NCBI RefSeq assembly: GCF_009914755.1
Contig: NC_060925.1
DNA length: 64,000 nucleotides
Reading direction: 5' to 3' (one strand)
Source: the human T2T-CHM13v2.0 reference genome, Homo sapiens
Made by a program: the position numbers and the translations under genes. Shown one piece after another: positions 1 to 19,405 of this stretch; the first letter of the stretch is position 1, and the number at the start of each line of letters is the position of its first letter. A model generated the notes under the pieces. The model saw only the letters and a program-made list of their open reading frames with translations, had not been told where the DNA came from and did not search any database.

Positions 1-81
1 CTGGAGTGCAACGGCATGATCGCAGTTCACTGTAGCCTCAACCTCCCAGCCTCAAGTGATCCTCCCACCTCAGCATCCTGA

Positions 82-2104
<2,023 letters not shown>

Positions 2105-3004
2105 CTTTAAGGTATTCTCATTTAGGACCCACTGACAGCAGAATCCATGAGAAAAGTAAAAGTAATTAAAGTCCCCTAACTAGGGCTTTTGATGTACAAA
2201 TACTAGACATTATAAAGACTTAGGATTTAGGACATTAGTTTATAAGTTTTTACAAGATCTAGGTAACTAGAAGATTTGGAACTCAAATGATTTATCATGC
2301 ATGCTGTACATATCAGTAGACATCAGAAAAGCCTTTAAAACCACAATTTACCCCCCTGCCTCTTCTTTCTGTTTACTGTGAGATACAGTCACAAAGACAA
2401 CGGGGGGACAAATGAAAAATTACCGAAATAACACTACTACAATTTATTGGGGGCTTCCCATGTAAGCTCCCAATAAATGTACCTTGCAACACATTAACTC
2501 TCTTAATTCTCACAAAAACTCTATGATGTAGGTGTAATTATTACTCCCAATTTACAGATGTTAAGTAACTTATCCATGGTCATTCCAGTAGTAAATGGTA
2601 GAGCTCAAAAATGAATTCAGGTAGTTTGACCACAATGCTAGACAGAAGTTGTGAGAAGTATTACAGCAATCTTGGACACATCGTTAATGACTGGTTGTTG
2701 GTGGAGTACCACATGATCATTCAAACACTCAAGCTTGTTTCTGTTGAAGAGGAGAGTCAGAAAAAGTAGAGCCTAAAAAGTCCCCAAACCAGTTAAGTCA
2801 CACTGAGGCCAGAACTGTCATATAGTATACACACTCCAGGGACAAGAAATTCCGAGGGCTCAAACAGAAGACTCCTCAGAGTGGCTCAGCATGGTCTGTG
2901 ATAAACAGACAGAAACACTATGAGGAAGTGCTCTTCACACTACACTCAGAGGTTTTCCCTCCCACTTACACATGATTGTTGCCATCTCAGACTTTTCATA
3001 GTAA

Positions 3005-3325
<321 letters not shown>

Positions 3326-3610
3326 TGAAGAATTCAGTAACAGAATGATTTTTCCATGGTGATTCCACTATTCCTCCCCACAAACTATAAGGACATTAAA
3401 CGTATGTACATACAGAATGTTAGCATAAAAGACAATAGAATCATATAACCTAACGGGATAGGAACTCAGCCTCTTCGTATTGCAAGACCTGGAGAGACTT
3501 CCTAGGTTCCTTGCCCAAGGGTTACGTAGCTAACTAACAGCAGAACCGAGGCCAGGTGGTGCCTCACGCCTATAATCCCAGCACTTTGGGAGGCCAAGGC
3601 AGGTGGATCA

Positions 3611-3829
<219 letters not shown>

Positions 3830-4297
3830 TCAAAAAAAAAAAAAAAAAAAAAATAGCAGAACCCAATGCAACTTAATACCAATTCATTTCTTCAGCCACA
3901 TCATTGTGCCATCTCAGAGGTAGCCTCATCTCCTTCAAGAGTTCATCTGAGAGTTTGTTCAGATGCATCAATATGATTCCTATTTAAAAAAAGATTTTTT
4001 GAGAGACAGGGTCTTGCTATGTTACTCAGGCTGATCTTGAACTCTTGGCCTCAAGTTATCCTCCCGCCTCAGCCTCCTGAGTAGCAAATCTGTATTTTTA
4101 TTGATAAAGTATAAATGTATATATACCCACTACTGATAGCTGTTCTGCCTCAACCTGAAAAAGCACCCCCCAAAAAATCACAAAAACACTTTAAAAAGCT
4201 CACTATTGAGATTCAATATTAACTAATTTATCTATTTTGATTTTGCAAATACTCCAACGGTAAACAGATTGTACTTTCTCCTCAAAATATTTAAATC

Positions 4298-4820
4298 TGT
4301 GTTCCTCAAAGTGTGGTGGTACCACCAGCATCAAAATCACAGGGCACCTGTTAAAAATGCAGGCACATGGAGTCATCACCAAATCAACTAAACCAGTCTC
4401 TGAAGAAACTCCCAAGTTAGCATTTTAATAAGCTCTCTAGTGATTCTTATTTACACAAAACTTATTTATTGAACAGTCTACAATATCCTAGTGCAAAGTG
4501 AGACGGGCAAGTAAACAAAAATAAACATTTTGGATTTTAGCTGTGCTACAAAGAAAATAAGATGATCTATCAGAGAGCGACCTGGAGGACTACTTTAAAA
4601 TGAGAAGTCAAAGTCTGAGGAGACATTTGAAGTGAGAGCCCTTCATTCAAGACAGTGGTTCTCAAACTTAAGCGTGAATCAGAATCACCTGGAGAGCTTG
4701 TTAAACGAGACTACTGGACAGGAGGTCCGGAATGCGGCCCAAGAATCTGTATTCCTAACAATGTCACAGATGATGCTGATGCTGTTGATCCAGGAACCAC
4801 ACTCTGAGAACTGTTGATCT
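4298..4820. mobile_element. Two MER5-type hAT MITEs (~4298-4460 and ~4653-4820) with L2 remnant between
   Basis: CAGTGGTTCTCAAACTT...ATCAGAATCACCTGGAGAGCTTGTTAAA and CCACACTCTGAGAAC ends. Confidence 0.65.
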
Positions 4821-6704
4821 AGAAAGAACAGCCAGAGGGTGTGAATAAATGTATTAAGAGAAACAGGAAAAGGCCAGTTAGGCAGGAGGGCATTATACTC
4901 ATCATTGTTTCAAAATCACTTGAAAAAGATGGTGAGTTAAAACCACTAGCTATGATCTCCAGACCAGAGATGATATCTGAGGTTGATCAATAATATCCTG
5001 TATTGTTGAAGCATTTCTCAGTTACAAAGCATTTTCACATTTATTATTTGCCTTGGTGAGATATAAGTAAACGACTATCAGCTACATTTTAAAGGGAAAC
5101 TGAAGGACAAAAACAGTATGAACTTCCTTTAGCGTAAAATAGCTAAAGAGCTGAACTATGTCCCCTAACACCCAATCTAGTGCTCTTTCCAGCACAGCTT
5201 GATCTTTTTAAAGAGCAAAGCAGAATGGTATATAGGAGTTAATACTGACAAATTATTTTCTAGACTATCTAAAAACACGGTGGATGGCTAGACACAGTGG
5301 CTCATGCCTGTAATCCCAGGACTTTGGGAGGCTGAGGCAGGCAGATCATTTGAAGCCAGGAGTTCAAGACCAGTCTGACCAGTATGGCAAAACCCCGTCT
5401 CTACTAAAAACAGAAAAATTAGCCAGGCGTGGTGATATGCGCCTGCAATCTCAGCTACTTGGGTGGCTGAGGCACAAGAATCGCTTGAACCTGGGAGGCA
5501 GAGGCTGCAGTAAGCCGAGATCGAGCCACTGCACTCCAGCCTGAGCAACAGAGCGAGACTGTCTCAAAAAAAAATTTTTTTTAATCAAAAACATGGTGGA
5601 TTCCAGACTCAATTTGTTTTAGATATTGGTTAGAGAGAAATATTACTTAAGATTGACAGCATTTGGTTAGTCCCTTCCACTTACTCCCCCTCCTTCAAAA
5701 AGAAAGGATAAAGAAATGAAGAGGGGATTTACATATTATTCTCTCTCCTTCATAAATTTCAGAGAGCCAATTTCATAACCTCAGTCCCTCAGCCACATCA
5801 GTCAAACACAATCTGTATTTCTGGGTTCCCTCTAAATCTCTTACCTAACCCAGGTTCCCACAAGAACACTGAATCCTATGTGTCTTACTATGGTCATGGG
5901 TGCACAGACCACCAGCAGTTATTCTCTGAACACCTACTAACAATTAGTAGCTTCTCCAACAACCAAAGCCTTACTCTTAACATTCTTACCTACATGTACC
6001 AATAATGCTAGAAACCCAAAACATCCCAATCTGAAAACATTTTATCCTCCCTACACCCCAGCCCTCACCCTCACCCCAGCCCTGCTTCAGTGTCTGAATA
6101 TGTATTAATAGCATTGCCATCCACCAAACAAAAAATGTGGAATTCTACGTTTGTCTCCCTCACACCAATCTCAATACACTCCCCCCATCCCTCCATTCCC
6201 ATAGCCACTATTAGTTACTACTATTAATATACTAGCTACCATTTCATTAGTAACTACCACGTACTAATCACTTTACACATTTTATCTTACTTTATTCTCT
6301 CAATAACCCTATGAGGTTATATACTTTTTTCCCATTTCACAAATGAGAAAACTGAAGCTAAGAAAAGGTCATCTGCCCAAGTCGTAAGTAGGAGATGGCA
6401 AAGTAGATTTCCAAACCCTACCGTTCCCCCAAACCAAAATGCTTCATTCTGTAATACCTGATATATCATTCCTTTACTACCCATTCCAAATGTTGATTTC
6501 TTTCCTAGATAACCGCCAGGATTCTCCTAACTGGTCTCCTTGTCTCCAGCCTTGCCTTCCCTCATCCCTCAAGTGCCCTAAGTGATCTTTCTGGATCAGA
6601 AATCTGATCCTTTTATCCTCTTGATATGAAAGCCCTCCAGGAACATCCTTCAGTCCACAATGTCGAGGATACACTCTACAGGATGAATTCCAAGCCCTTT
6701 AGTG

Positions 6705-6995
6705 CAGCTCCACAATCGCTTACCTACAGTCCCGAAATTCAAAAGCTTTGAAATTTTAATTTTTTTCATTGGTTTGCAACAGAACCCACTGTGAATGCTG
6801 GGAGGTTATTTATCGTCTATCCCATTAGCGTGACATTCACGTGTTTCAATGTAGAAACATTAACGTGTTTGATAGAGTTAACTCAGACCCTGATAAAAGT
6901 CTCACATAACAGACCTTGCCAGAAAAAAGAAAAATCCCAAAATATTCTGAAGTCCTTACACCTGGATCCCAAGAGTTTAAGAGACTGTGAAACCT
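6705..6995. mobile_element. MER46C-like TcMar-Tigger relic
   Basis: CTCCACAATCGCTTA..GAAATTCAAAAGCTTTGAAA..TATCCCATTAGCGTGACATTCA resembles the remembered consensus. Confidence 0.5.
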
Positions 6996-8001
6996 TTATC
7001 TTTTCAGCCCATCAATCCAATCTAATTTCCACCAATCACCCTACACAGTCTTTAGTTCCAGGGATGTAGAAGGGTGTCCTGTGCCCTGAATACCCTCCAA
7101 CCCAGTGAGGTACTCATTCTTCAAGAAACCTGTTCATGGATTTCCTTTCCTGTGAAATTTCCCTGACCTTTCCTCTATTGTGCCACAACCATTGTACTGA
7201 GGACTCACCTCCACTGCTGCAAGTTATATGTTTCTCCTGTTAGACTGTGAATGAAGTCTTCATTGAGTACTTTATTCAATCCTAGCACAGTGCCCCAACA
7301 CTAGGGGCTCATTAACGGCCAATTAGCTAAAACAAATTCATGCCCAGCTTTCCCTAACTCTCAATTTCCTTCAAAGTTCATTTCTCCTTCATCCCCAAAC
7401 CTTAGGATTTTCCCTAACCATGCAGTCCACTTTCCGAGTTTCTCTTTCCCCATGTCATCTTACAATTTTCTTCCAGGCGCCTTCTCTGGACCCCATGCTC
7501 TCCAACATATTCTCTCCACCTCCATTTAATCCATAGTCCTCCTCTCTCCTATCTGTGAACACGCCAAGTCCCCTCCCTCCAAAGCAATCCATCTTCACTG
7601 CCCTTACCTCTTACCTACTCCCTCAACACCTCGCTGGCCCGGGCCCTTTCAGCCAAAACGCTTCCTCACAACGTGTTTCCCAAATCCCCCTTCTCTCACT
7701 GTACGGGTCTGCCAGCTCCAGAACCAGCGCTCGGCCGGGTTCCGCACATCACAAACCCTCCCTCGGAGCCAGTGTCCCCTCCCCCAGCCTCTCGCAGCCG
7801 GCACCCCTCCCTTCATGCTCCCCTTATCTCTTGCGGTCCAGCTTCTCTGGAAAGTGTCCCAGGGGCGAGTCTTTCACCTTAGAGACCCCTCGGGATGGCG
7901 CCCGTCCGAGCAGCCCCAGGCCCCAGCACCTCCGTCCCCAGCTCCTCTAGGGTTGCGCAAATCCCTTGCGGCCCAGATGCCAGGCAGGGCCTCCGGCTCA
8001 C

Positions 8002-8527
8002 CTTGCTGGATGTCGCCGTTGCTGCCCCCCGGGATGGGCACGCTGAGCTGGCGCTCCGGCTCGGGCAGGCAGCGCAGGCAGAAGGAGTGAAGACAGGGCA
8101 GCAGCTTGGGCTCCGCCTCACGCCGGCTCTGCAAGCTCTGCTGACACACGGCGCAGGTGTCCAGGAGCGAGGCTGGCGGTCCAGGAGGCGGCCCTGCCGA
8201 GGGACCCGGAGCGGGAGCCGAGGCTGGAGCTGGAGCCGGCGTCGATACTGCGCCCCCGGCAACTCCAGTGCCCACTGAGGCCGCAGGAGATGAAGCAGCC
8301 TGGGCCGAGCCCGAGGAGGCCGCGGCCACCCCCCCGTCGTCGGGCCCGGCCGCGCCGCCCTCAGCGCCGGCCCTGCCGCCTTCCTCCTCCTCCTCCTCCA
8401 CCAGCACCGCGGTGAGAGGCGGCTCCGCCTCCTGCGCGGCGGGCCCGGCGGCCCCGGCAGTTACCGGCGCGCTGCCGCTGCCCCCGCCGCCGCTCTCAGC
8501 CTCGCCGCCGCCTTTGTTTTCCGCCAT
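8002..8527 (-). CDS. TRIM33: TRIM33 (TIF1-gamma, RING/B-box E3 ligase) coding exon 1
   Basis: Translation [25 protein letters not shown]...[55 protein letters not shown] matches the TRIM33 N-terminus with the first six RING ligands. ATG in AAAACATGGCGG at 8527. Donor CAAG|GTGAGC at 8002/8001 gives 526 coding nt (phase 1). Confidence 0.97.
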
Positions 8528-8660
8528 GTTTTCCTCTTTGAACCCGCCGGACCGCCCCGCGCCGCCCGCCGCCCGCGTCGCCGCCGCCGCCGCCCCCAGC
8601 CCCAGCCGCAGCCGCAGCAAGAGCGGCAGCCGAGAGCTAGCGAGAGAGCGAACCAACGAG
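8528..8660 (-). other. TRIM33: TRIM33 exon 1 5'UTR, GC-rich with (GGC)n tract; TSS approximate
   Basis: GC-rich sequence upstream of the ATG with no upstream ATG; GCC repeats at 8560-8595; GC box and GCGC motifs just upstream suggest a TSS near 8640-8700. Confidence 0.7.
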
Positions 8661-11600
8661 AGCGCGCGCGCACGCGGCGCCCCCGCCCTCGCGTCGCGCG
8701 TTTGAAGGAGGGCGGTTGCGGCACGCGCACGTACGCACGGACGTCCTCCCGAGGGAGGCGGGAACTCGGTGCGCGGGCGCGGAGCGGTCCCGGACCCTCG
8801 AAGCCAGTTCCTTGCGTCAGTGCCGCGGCTCTTTAACCCGAAGGGAGATTTTTTTTTAAAGCCAGAGGCCGTTGACGCTGGGTAGCCTTTGGCTGGGGTT
8901 GGTTATGAACTCCGACACAGCGGTGGTGCATACGGAAGGGTGGTAGCCGGGACGGTTCCGGTCCCTGCGAGCGTGTCCCGGGCGTCTCCGCGGAAGTTTC
9001 ACCTGCCGCGCCGCTCGATCGCCGGGACCTCCTGGGTCTCTGCTGTGCGTAGACCAGCCGCGTTCCTTTGGGTGGCCGTGGAGCACTAAAGCGGGGCTTA
9101 TTGTTTGTTTGGTTTTTGGTTTTTTTTTTGTTTTTTTTTTTTGCTTTTTGTTTTTGAACTGAGGATCTATCAGAAATAGGCTGAAAAGACCGAGTGAGGA
9201 AGAAACTCTTTAACAGCTATTTTTGGCATCTTAAGGTGATTCTCAGGAGTTGCTACGTATCAGAATCAACGGAGGAGTTTTTCAAAGCAGAGATGCCAGG
9301 GCCAGTCCCCAGACCTGAATCAGGAAGTGAGGGAGAGAGCCGACGGAGGGGGAAAAGTCCCTTCAGCTGATTCTTATGTATGTCAGTTTGGAGAGCCACG
9401 GATATAACCAATACTGCGTCCTTCTGAGGTCCCACTTTAAGTGTCCTGGGTTGAGCTGGGTGACAAATGCCCTTACAACAATGGTAGTAGAAGCTTTCAG
9501 GCCAAGCGCAGTGGCTCACGCCTGTAATCCCAGCACTTTGGGAGGCCGAGGCGGGCAGATCACTTGAGGTCAGGTCAGGAGTTCGTGGGCAGCCTGGCCA
9601 ATATGGTGAAACCCCGTCTCTACTAAAAATATAAAAATTAGCTGGGTGTAATGGCGTGCGCCTGTAATCCGAGCTACTCAGGAGGCTGAGGCAGGAGAAT
9701 GGCTTGAACCCGGCAGGAGGCGGAGGCTGCAGTGAGCCGAGATAGCGCCACTACACTCCAGCCTGGGCGACAGAGCGAAACTCCGTCTCAAAAAAAAAAG
9801 AAAAGCTTTCAGAAAGTTGCCTTTTTATTTGAAAAAAAAAAAGGTATTTGGAGGATTTTATGTAGTGCAACAACTGTTTTAGTGTTAAGATCATGAAATG
9901 CTTTGGTCTCCTGTTAGTGTTCCCAAGAAAGGTGCTGTAAGTCCTTAAACCACGTGAAAACTTTTTTTTTTTTTGAGACCTCCTCGTTCTGTCGCCCTGG
10001 CTGGAGTGCAGTGGCGTCATCACATTTCATTGCAGCCTCGACTTCCCAGGCTCAAGCCGTGCTCCTCGCAATTACCTGGGACCGTAGATGCACGCCACCA
10101 TGACTTAGCTGATCTTTTTTTTCCCTTTGCCTCGAAGAGGCTGGGGTCTCACCATGTTGCCCAGGCTGAAACTCCTGGGCCCGAGCGATTGGCCCGCCTC
10201 AGCCGCTGGAAGTGCTAGCATTACAGGCATGAGCCACTGCGCCCAGCCTCCTGAAAACTTTTTAAAATTTATTCAAAAATGTTTCCTGACCTCTTTATTG
10301 TCATAGTGTTTTAGAGATACACTGGGATTACAAAACAGAGGAGCTCCCTGCATTCAAGGGGTTTACAATCTAATAGAGAAAAAGATTGAGAATAGATACA
10401 TGCCAGGGAGTGGTAAGTGCTGTGAAGAAAAGAATAAGTGGGGTAAAAGGGGTTAGAGGTGATTGAAGAAGGCCCCTGTTGATCAGATGAAGGAACCTGT
10501 CTTGGAGAAGAGCAGGAGAGGAACACATAACAAGTGCAAAGGGCCTGAGGGAAACGGATTCTTGGCTTGTTAGAGGAGGAGTCAGTGTGGCTGGAGTGGC
10601 TTGAACAAGGGAGAGAATAGTAGGACATGAGATAAGAGAGTTATTAAGGGAGCCAGGTCATGTACAGAAATGGTCTTCAATTTTTTTTTTAACTTTTGTG
10701 CCCTTTGAAAGAATTTTGGAAGGCTGTTTTCTTTCCTCAAACATTGTAAGTTGACTAAATTTTTTCAGAAGTTTAAATAGTTGCAGAGTTTAATTTGTGA
10801 CATTCTGTAATACTGACATTTAAAAATTATTTTTAATCTAATAGGGAAGTAAACACTAAAGTGGCTTAATACTATCCATTTTTTAAAGTATATTAAAATG
10901 TTATATTTTTTAAACATGGAAAAGTATTGGGAATGTTTTAATGATATGGCTGGGAGTCTTCCCCCTTCCCCTAATTATTTCGAGTAGGCATGAATGCATA
11001 TAACATTGCTAGAATGAGATAAGGTCCTGTATCAACTCCATTTTTCATTGCCACAGTCTTTACTGCATTAAAAACTATATATGTATACATGTATGTATCT
11101 ACACACTCACATATATGATGGAGTAATTCCCTTAAAACTACCCTTACTTTTTTATGTACCCCTTGGAAAATTTTCCTTCACTGAAGTACCCCAGGAGTAC
11201 TCATACCCTAGCCTTAGGACCACTGAGTCAGATAGGAAGGCTTGGATGGGTTTTGAGCAAAGACTCAAAGCAGAATTGTGAAAAGAGTCACTGTGGCTGC
11301 TTCCTAGAGGAATCACCTGTAAATGGTCAGTGGAATAAGGAAGACCAGTTAAGGGGCTAATAGGGTAATAACTCGGTTGGTTGGATCAGGTTAGAATCTG
11401 TAAAGGTGGTGAAAAATATGGAGTATAAATCATAAACACTTCTTCTCAAATTCACTTCAAAAAAATAAGCTAATGAACTGAATTTCTCAACCAAAAGTTT
11501 TGCTTCCATGAGTTTTCTTAACCTTTTGATGCCTGCTACATTTGCCTTTATTAAAATCTAGAATAAAAGTGTTGTTTTTGAAAACTATATAATTTGTATA

Positions 11601-13601
11601 GGATGGAAACAGCCCCCATGAAGTTCACTGTGTGCTCTGAGAAGGCAGTGCCTGGAGTATAACTCATGAAATATTTAGGATCATTGAAACAGACCCAGTT
11701 ACATCCTTGATTTTCTGTGGGAGCCCAGAAATCTTGCAGGAGAAACTATGAAATAAGTCCACAGATGAGGCTGAGATACGATAATGCACAAACCTGTCTA
11801 ATAGACTGCATAGCATGGGGTTCATTATGCCCTGGGACAAAATGCTTGGTTTGAATCTGGTTCCATCACCTACTAGCTATGTGATTTAGGGAAACTTACT
11901 TAGGTTGCCTCAGTTCCCTCAGTCATGAAAGGGTGTTTGCTACGGGTAGGACCTACCTCAAGGTTGCCTCACAAACAATATTTGTAAAACGTTAATAACA
12001 GCACCCAGCACATGGTGAACATGGATGTTAAAGTAGACCCAAAGTTCCCTGAAGGAAACAGAACTGGCAGGAGAAACACATGCCACTGAGAGAAAATTTC
12101 AAGAAGAGGAATCATGCTGTGGCCCAAACTGAGCAGCAGGTAGAGGTAGAGGCTGTGTCCAGCCATTTTCCTGACCTAGGCTACTATCCCTTGTTCCTCT
12201 GGTTTGAGCATTATCAGAAAAAACCAGTTCTGAAATAAAGGAAAGAGCTCTTAGGAGGTTCATAGCAGTTCTGCTATGAAGAAAACTCCTCTAAGTTGCT
12301 GGTAAACAATAGTGGAAGGAGTTTTCCAGTTGTCTAGGAAAGAGAAAGGGCATTGGAGGTGAGTGACCCAGGTAGGTAAGCAATGGTGAGAACACGATGT
12401 GTCCATCATCTGGGCACAGGAGGTTGGCAAAAGCAAGGCAGTAGCCCAAGGGTAGCGTGAAGATTTGCAAAGGCTGGTCTGCACCTTCTGGACAGAGCAG
12501 CCATGCTGAACAGCAGGAACAGAAGAGTACATGAGAACCGGCAGAAGGATGCTGAGCTGCAGCTGAAATCTGGGATATTTCTGTAAATGTACAATACTTG
12601 CACTCACCAATGGGTGAGGCCAGAGGATCTAAAGGTGACATTTTATCTTTTAAAGTTCACTTCTCAACTGGGTGTGGTGCCTTACACCTGTAATACCAGC
12701 ACTTTGGAGGAAAACAGGAGGATCACTGGAGGCCAGTAGTTCAAGACCAGCCTGGGCGACATAGCAAGACCCCCATCTCTACAAAAAAAATTTATTAATA
12801 CAAATTTTAAAAATAATGTAAAGTTTAGTTCTCATCATTCCATGGTGTACCAAGTACACTTTGACTTCTAGGTACTCTGTTGTCTGAGTGAGAACTATTA
12901 GTACCAAGAAAAGCAGGACAGATAGCAGAGTTCTGAGTCTAATTACTATCTATTGGCTTTTCTGTGTCTCTAAGGCCTTTCAGGGGCACGTTGTAATTCT
13001 AGTAATAAACACCACATTTGAACAGCAGTTTACAGTTGACAAAGTGCTTTCACACACATCTCTTAATTTTTGCAACCAGTAAAATATAGCTCAACAATAA
13101 ATAGACTTCCTTATGTGAATGTACTGTAATGTATTATCTATTCATAGACAATAAGGTTTTCAATTTTTTACTATTATAAACAATACTGTGAAAAGCATTG
13201 TGATGCATAATTATTTGCATATCTATAATTATTTCTTCTGAATATTCCTAAAAGAATTGCTGATTCAAAGAATATGCCCATTGTAAAAGTTTTTAATATG
13301 TAAATTTAAAGTATTCCATATGGATTATTAAATTGTTTTGATGTATTTTGCTACTATAAATAAAAAAGTGAAATTAACATGCAATTTTTTTCCTTTTTTT
13401 TTTTTTTTTCCTAAAGATCCCTATTTCCATGACCAGGCGCTGTGGCTCATGCCTGTAATCCCGGTGCTTTGGGAGGCCAAGGCTAAAGGGTTACTTGAGA
13501 CCAGGAGGTTGCAACCAGCCTGGGCAATATAACAAGACCCCCATCTCTACAAAAAAAAGTTTTAAAAATTAGACAGGTGTGATGTCTTATCTGTAGTCCT
13601 A

Positions 13602-16860
<3,259 letters not shown>

Positions 16861-17675
16861 TTTTTTTTGAGATGGGGTCTTACTCTGTTGCCAAGGCTGG
16901 AGTGTAGTGGTGAGATCACAGCTCACTACAGCCTTGACCTCCCCAGGCTCAGGTGATCCTCCCACCTCAGCCTCCCGAGTAGCTGGGACTACAGGTACAC
17001 TCCACTATGTCCAGCTAGTTTTTTGTATTTTTTGTAGAGGCGAGGTCTTCCTATGTTGCCCAGGCTGGTCTTGAGCTCCTGGGCTCAAGCAATCTGCCTG
17101 CCTCAGCCTCCCAAAGTGCTAGGATTACAGGCATGAGCCACTATGCCAAGCCACAATAAAGACTCTTTAAAGTGGATAAAAGAGTTTGCACATATTAAAT
17201 GTTTTCTGTACTCATTGTGCAAGTCCTCTGAAGAGAGTTTATTTTGTTTAAAAGACAGGAAAGATTTGACCATGTTTCTGCTTAAGAAAAAGAACCAACA
17301 ATGATACAGAGTTTGAAAATAAAGAAAGGAAACTTTTAACAAAGCAGACTCCCTAGGAATCTGGGAGAAAATGGGTTGTAGAACACAGATGAGTAGATTA
17401 GCCTTGGTTAAGGGGAAGAATATCACTGCCTCCAGGGTGTTGGAACCAGAACAGGATAAGGAAGATGCCCAGTGGAACAGCCTTTCATGGGAAAGGTTTA
17501 CCCAGCACGGATAGCCCAAGAAGGTCAAGTAGGTCATCAGTGCGGAGGTGTGACCTTTCATTACACATCAGAATCCCAGTACAATGAGAAGGACATCCAC
17601 AAAGGGAGAGATGTGGCAGCAACAAGGGGGGATTGTTTACACACAGGCAGATTGATCAAATAAACAAATGATTTA

Positions 17676-18113
<438 letters not shown>

Positions 18114-18140
18114 TCAACTGAGGTCAGGAGTTCTAGACTA

Positions 18141-18590
<450 letters not shown>

Positions 18591-18874
18591 TTAAAAAGAA
18601 CCCTTTGCTTAAATAACTGATCCCAAGTCTGGAGCAAGGAAAATGCAAGATGAGCCTGGGATATCTTGTTGTGACAGAAGGTAAGGTAGTCCTTATAGAA
18701 TGATAACAACAAGTTAAAAGGTCAGAGAAGTCAGCTTGAATGGATTCCCATTAGCCAAACCTGGAACAATTTGAGTATCAAAATAAATAGTGATTCTAAT
18801 GGATTATAACCCAGTGAATAAAACAGGAAACAAAGAGTCCAAGCTGATAAAAATAAATGAATAATTTGAAAGTA

Positions 18875-19405
<531 letters not shown>

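Larger units (their letters stand above)
7730..9090. promoter_or_regulatory. CpG island / TRIM33 promoter
   Basis: Very high GC and CpG density. GC box CCCCGCCC 8681-8688, NRF1-like GCGCACGCG 8668-8676, E2F-like GGCGGGAA 8757-8764, half-CREs TGCGTCA 8813-8819 and TGACG 8873-8877, ETS CGGAAGT 8991-8997, YY1-like CCGCCATGTT 8521-8530. Confidence 0.9.

Noticed and set aside
7874-8001. ORF-track extension of TRIM33 past the splice donor (..[12 protein letters not shown]..)
   Set aside because: A canonical CAAG|GTGAGC donor lies at 8002/8001; the extra codons are intronic read-through and lack the remaining RING cysteines.
7555-9089. Long overlapping or antisense ORFs in the CpG island (e.g. 8157-8705 +, 182 aa)
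   Set aside because: Stop-codon scarcity in GC-rich DNA and antisense shadow of the real exon; low-complexity Ala/Pro/Gly peptides.
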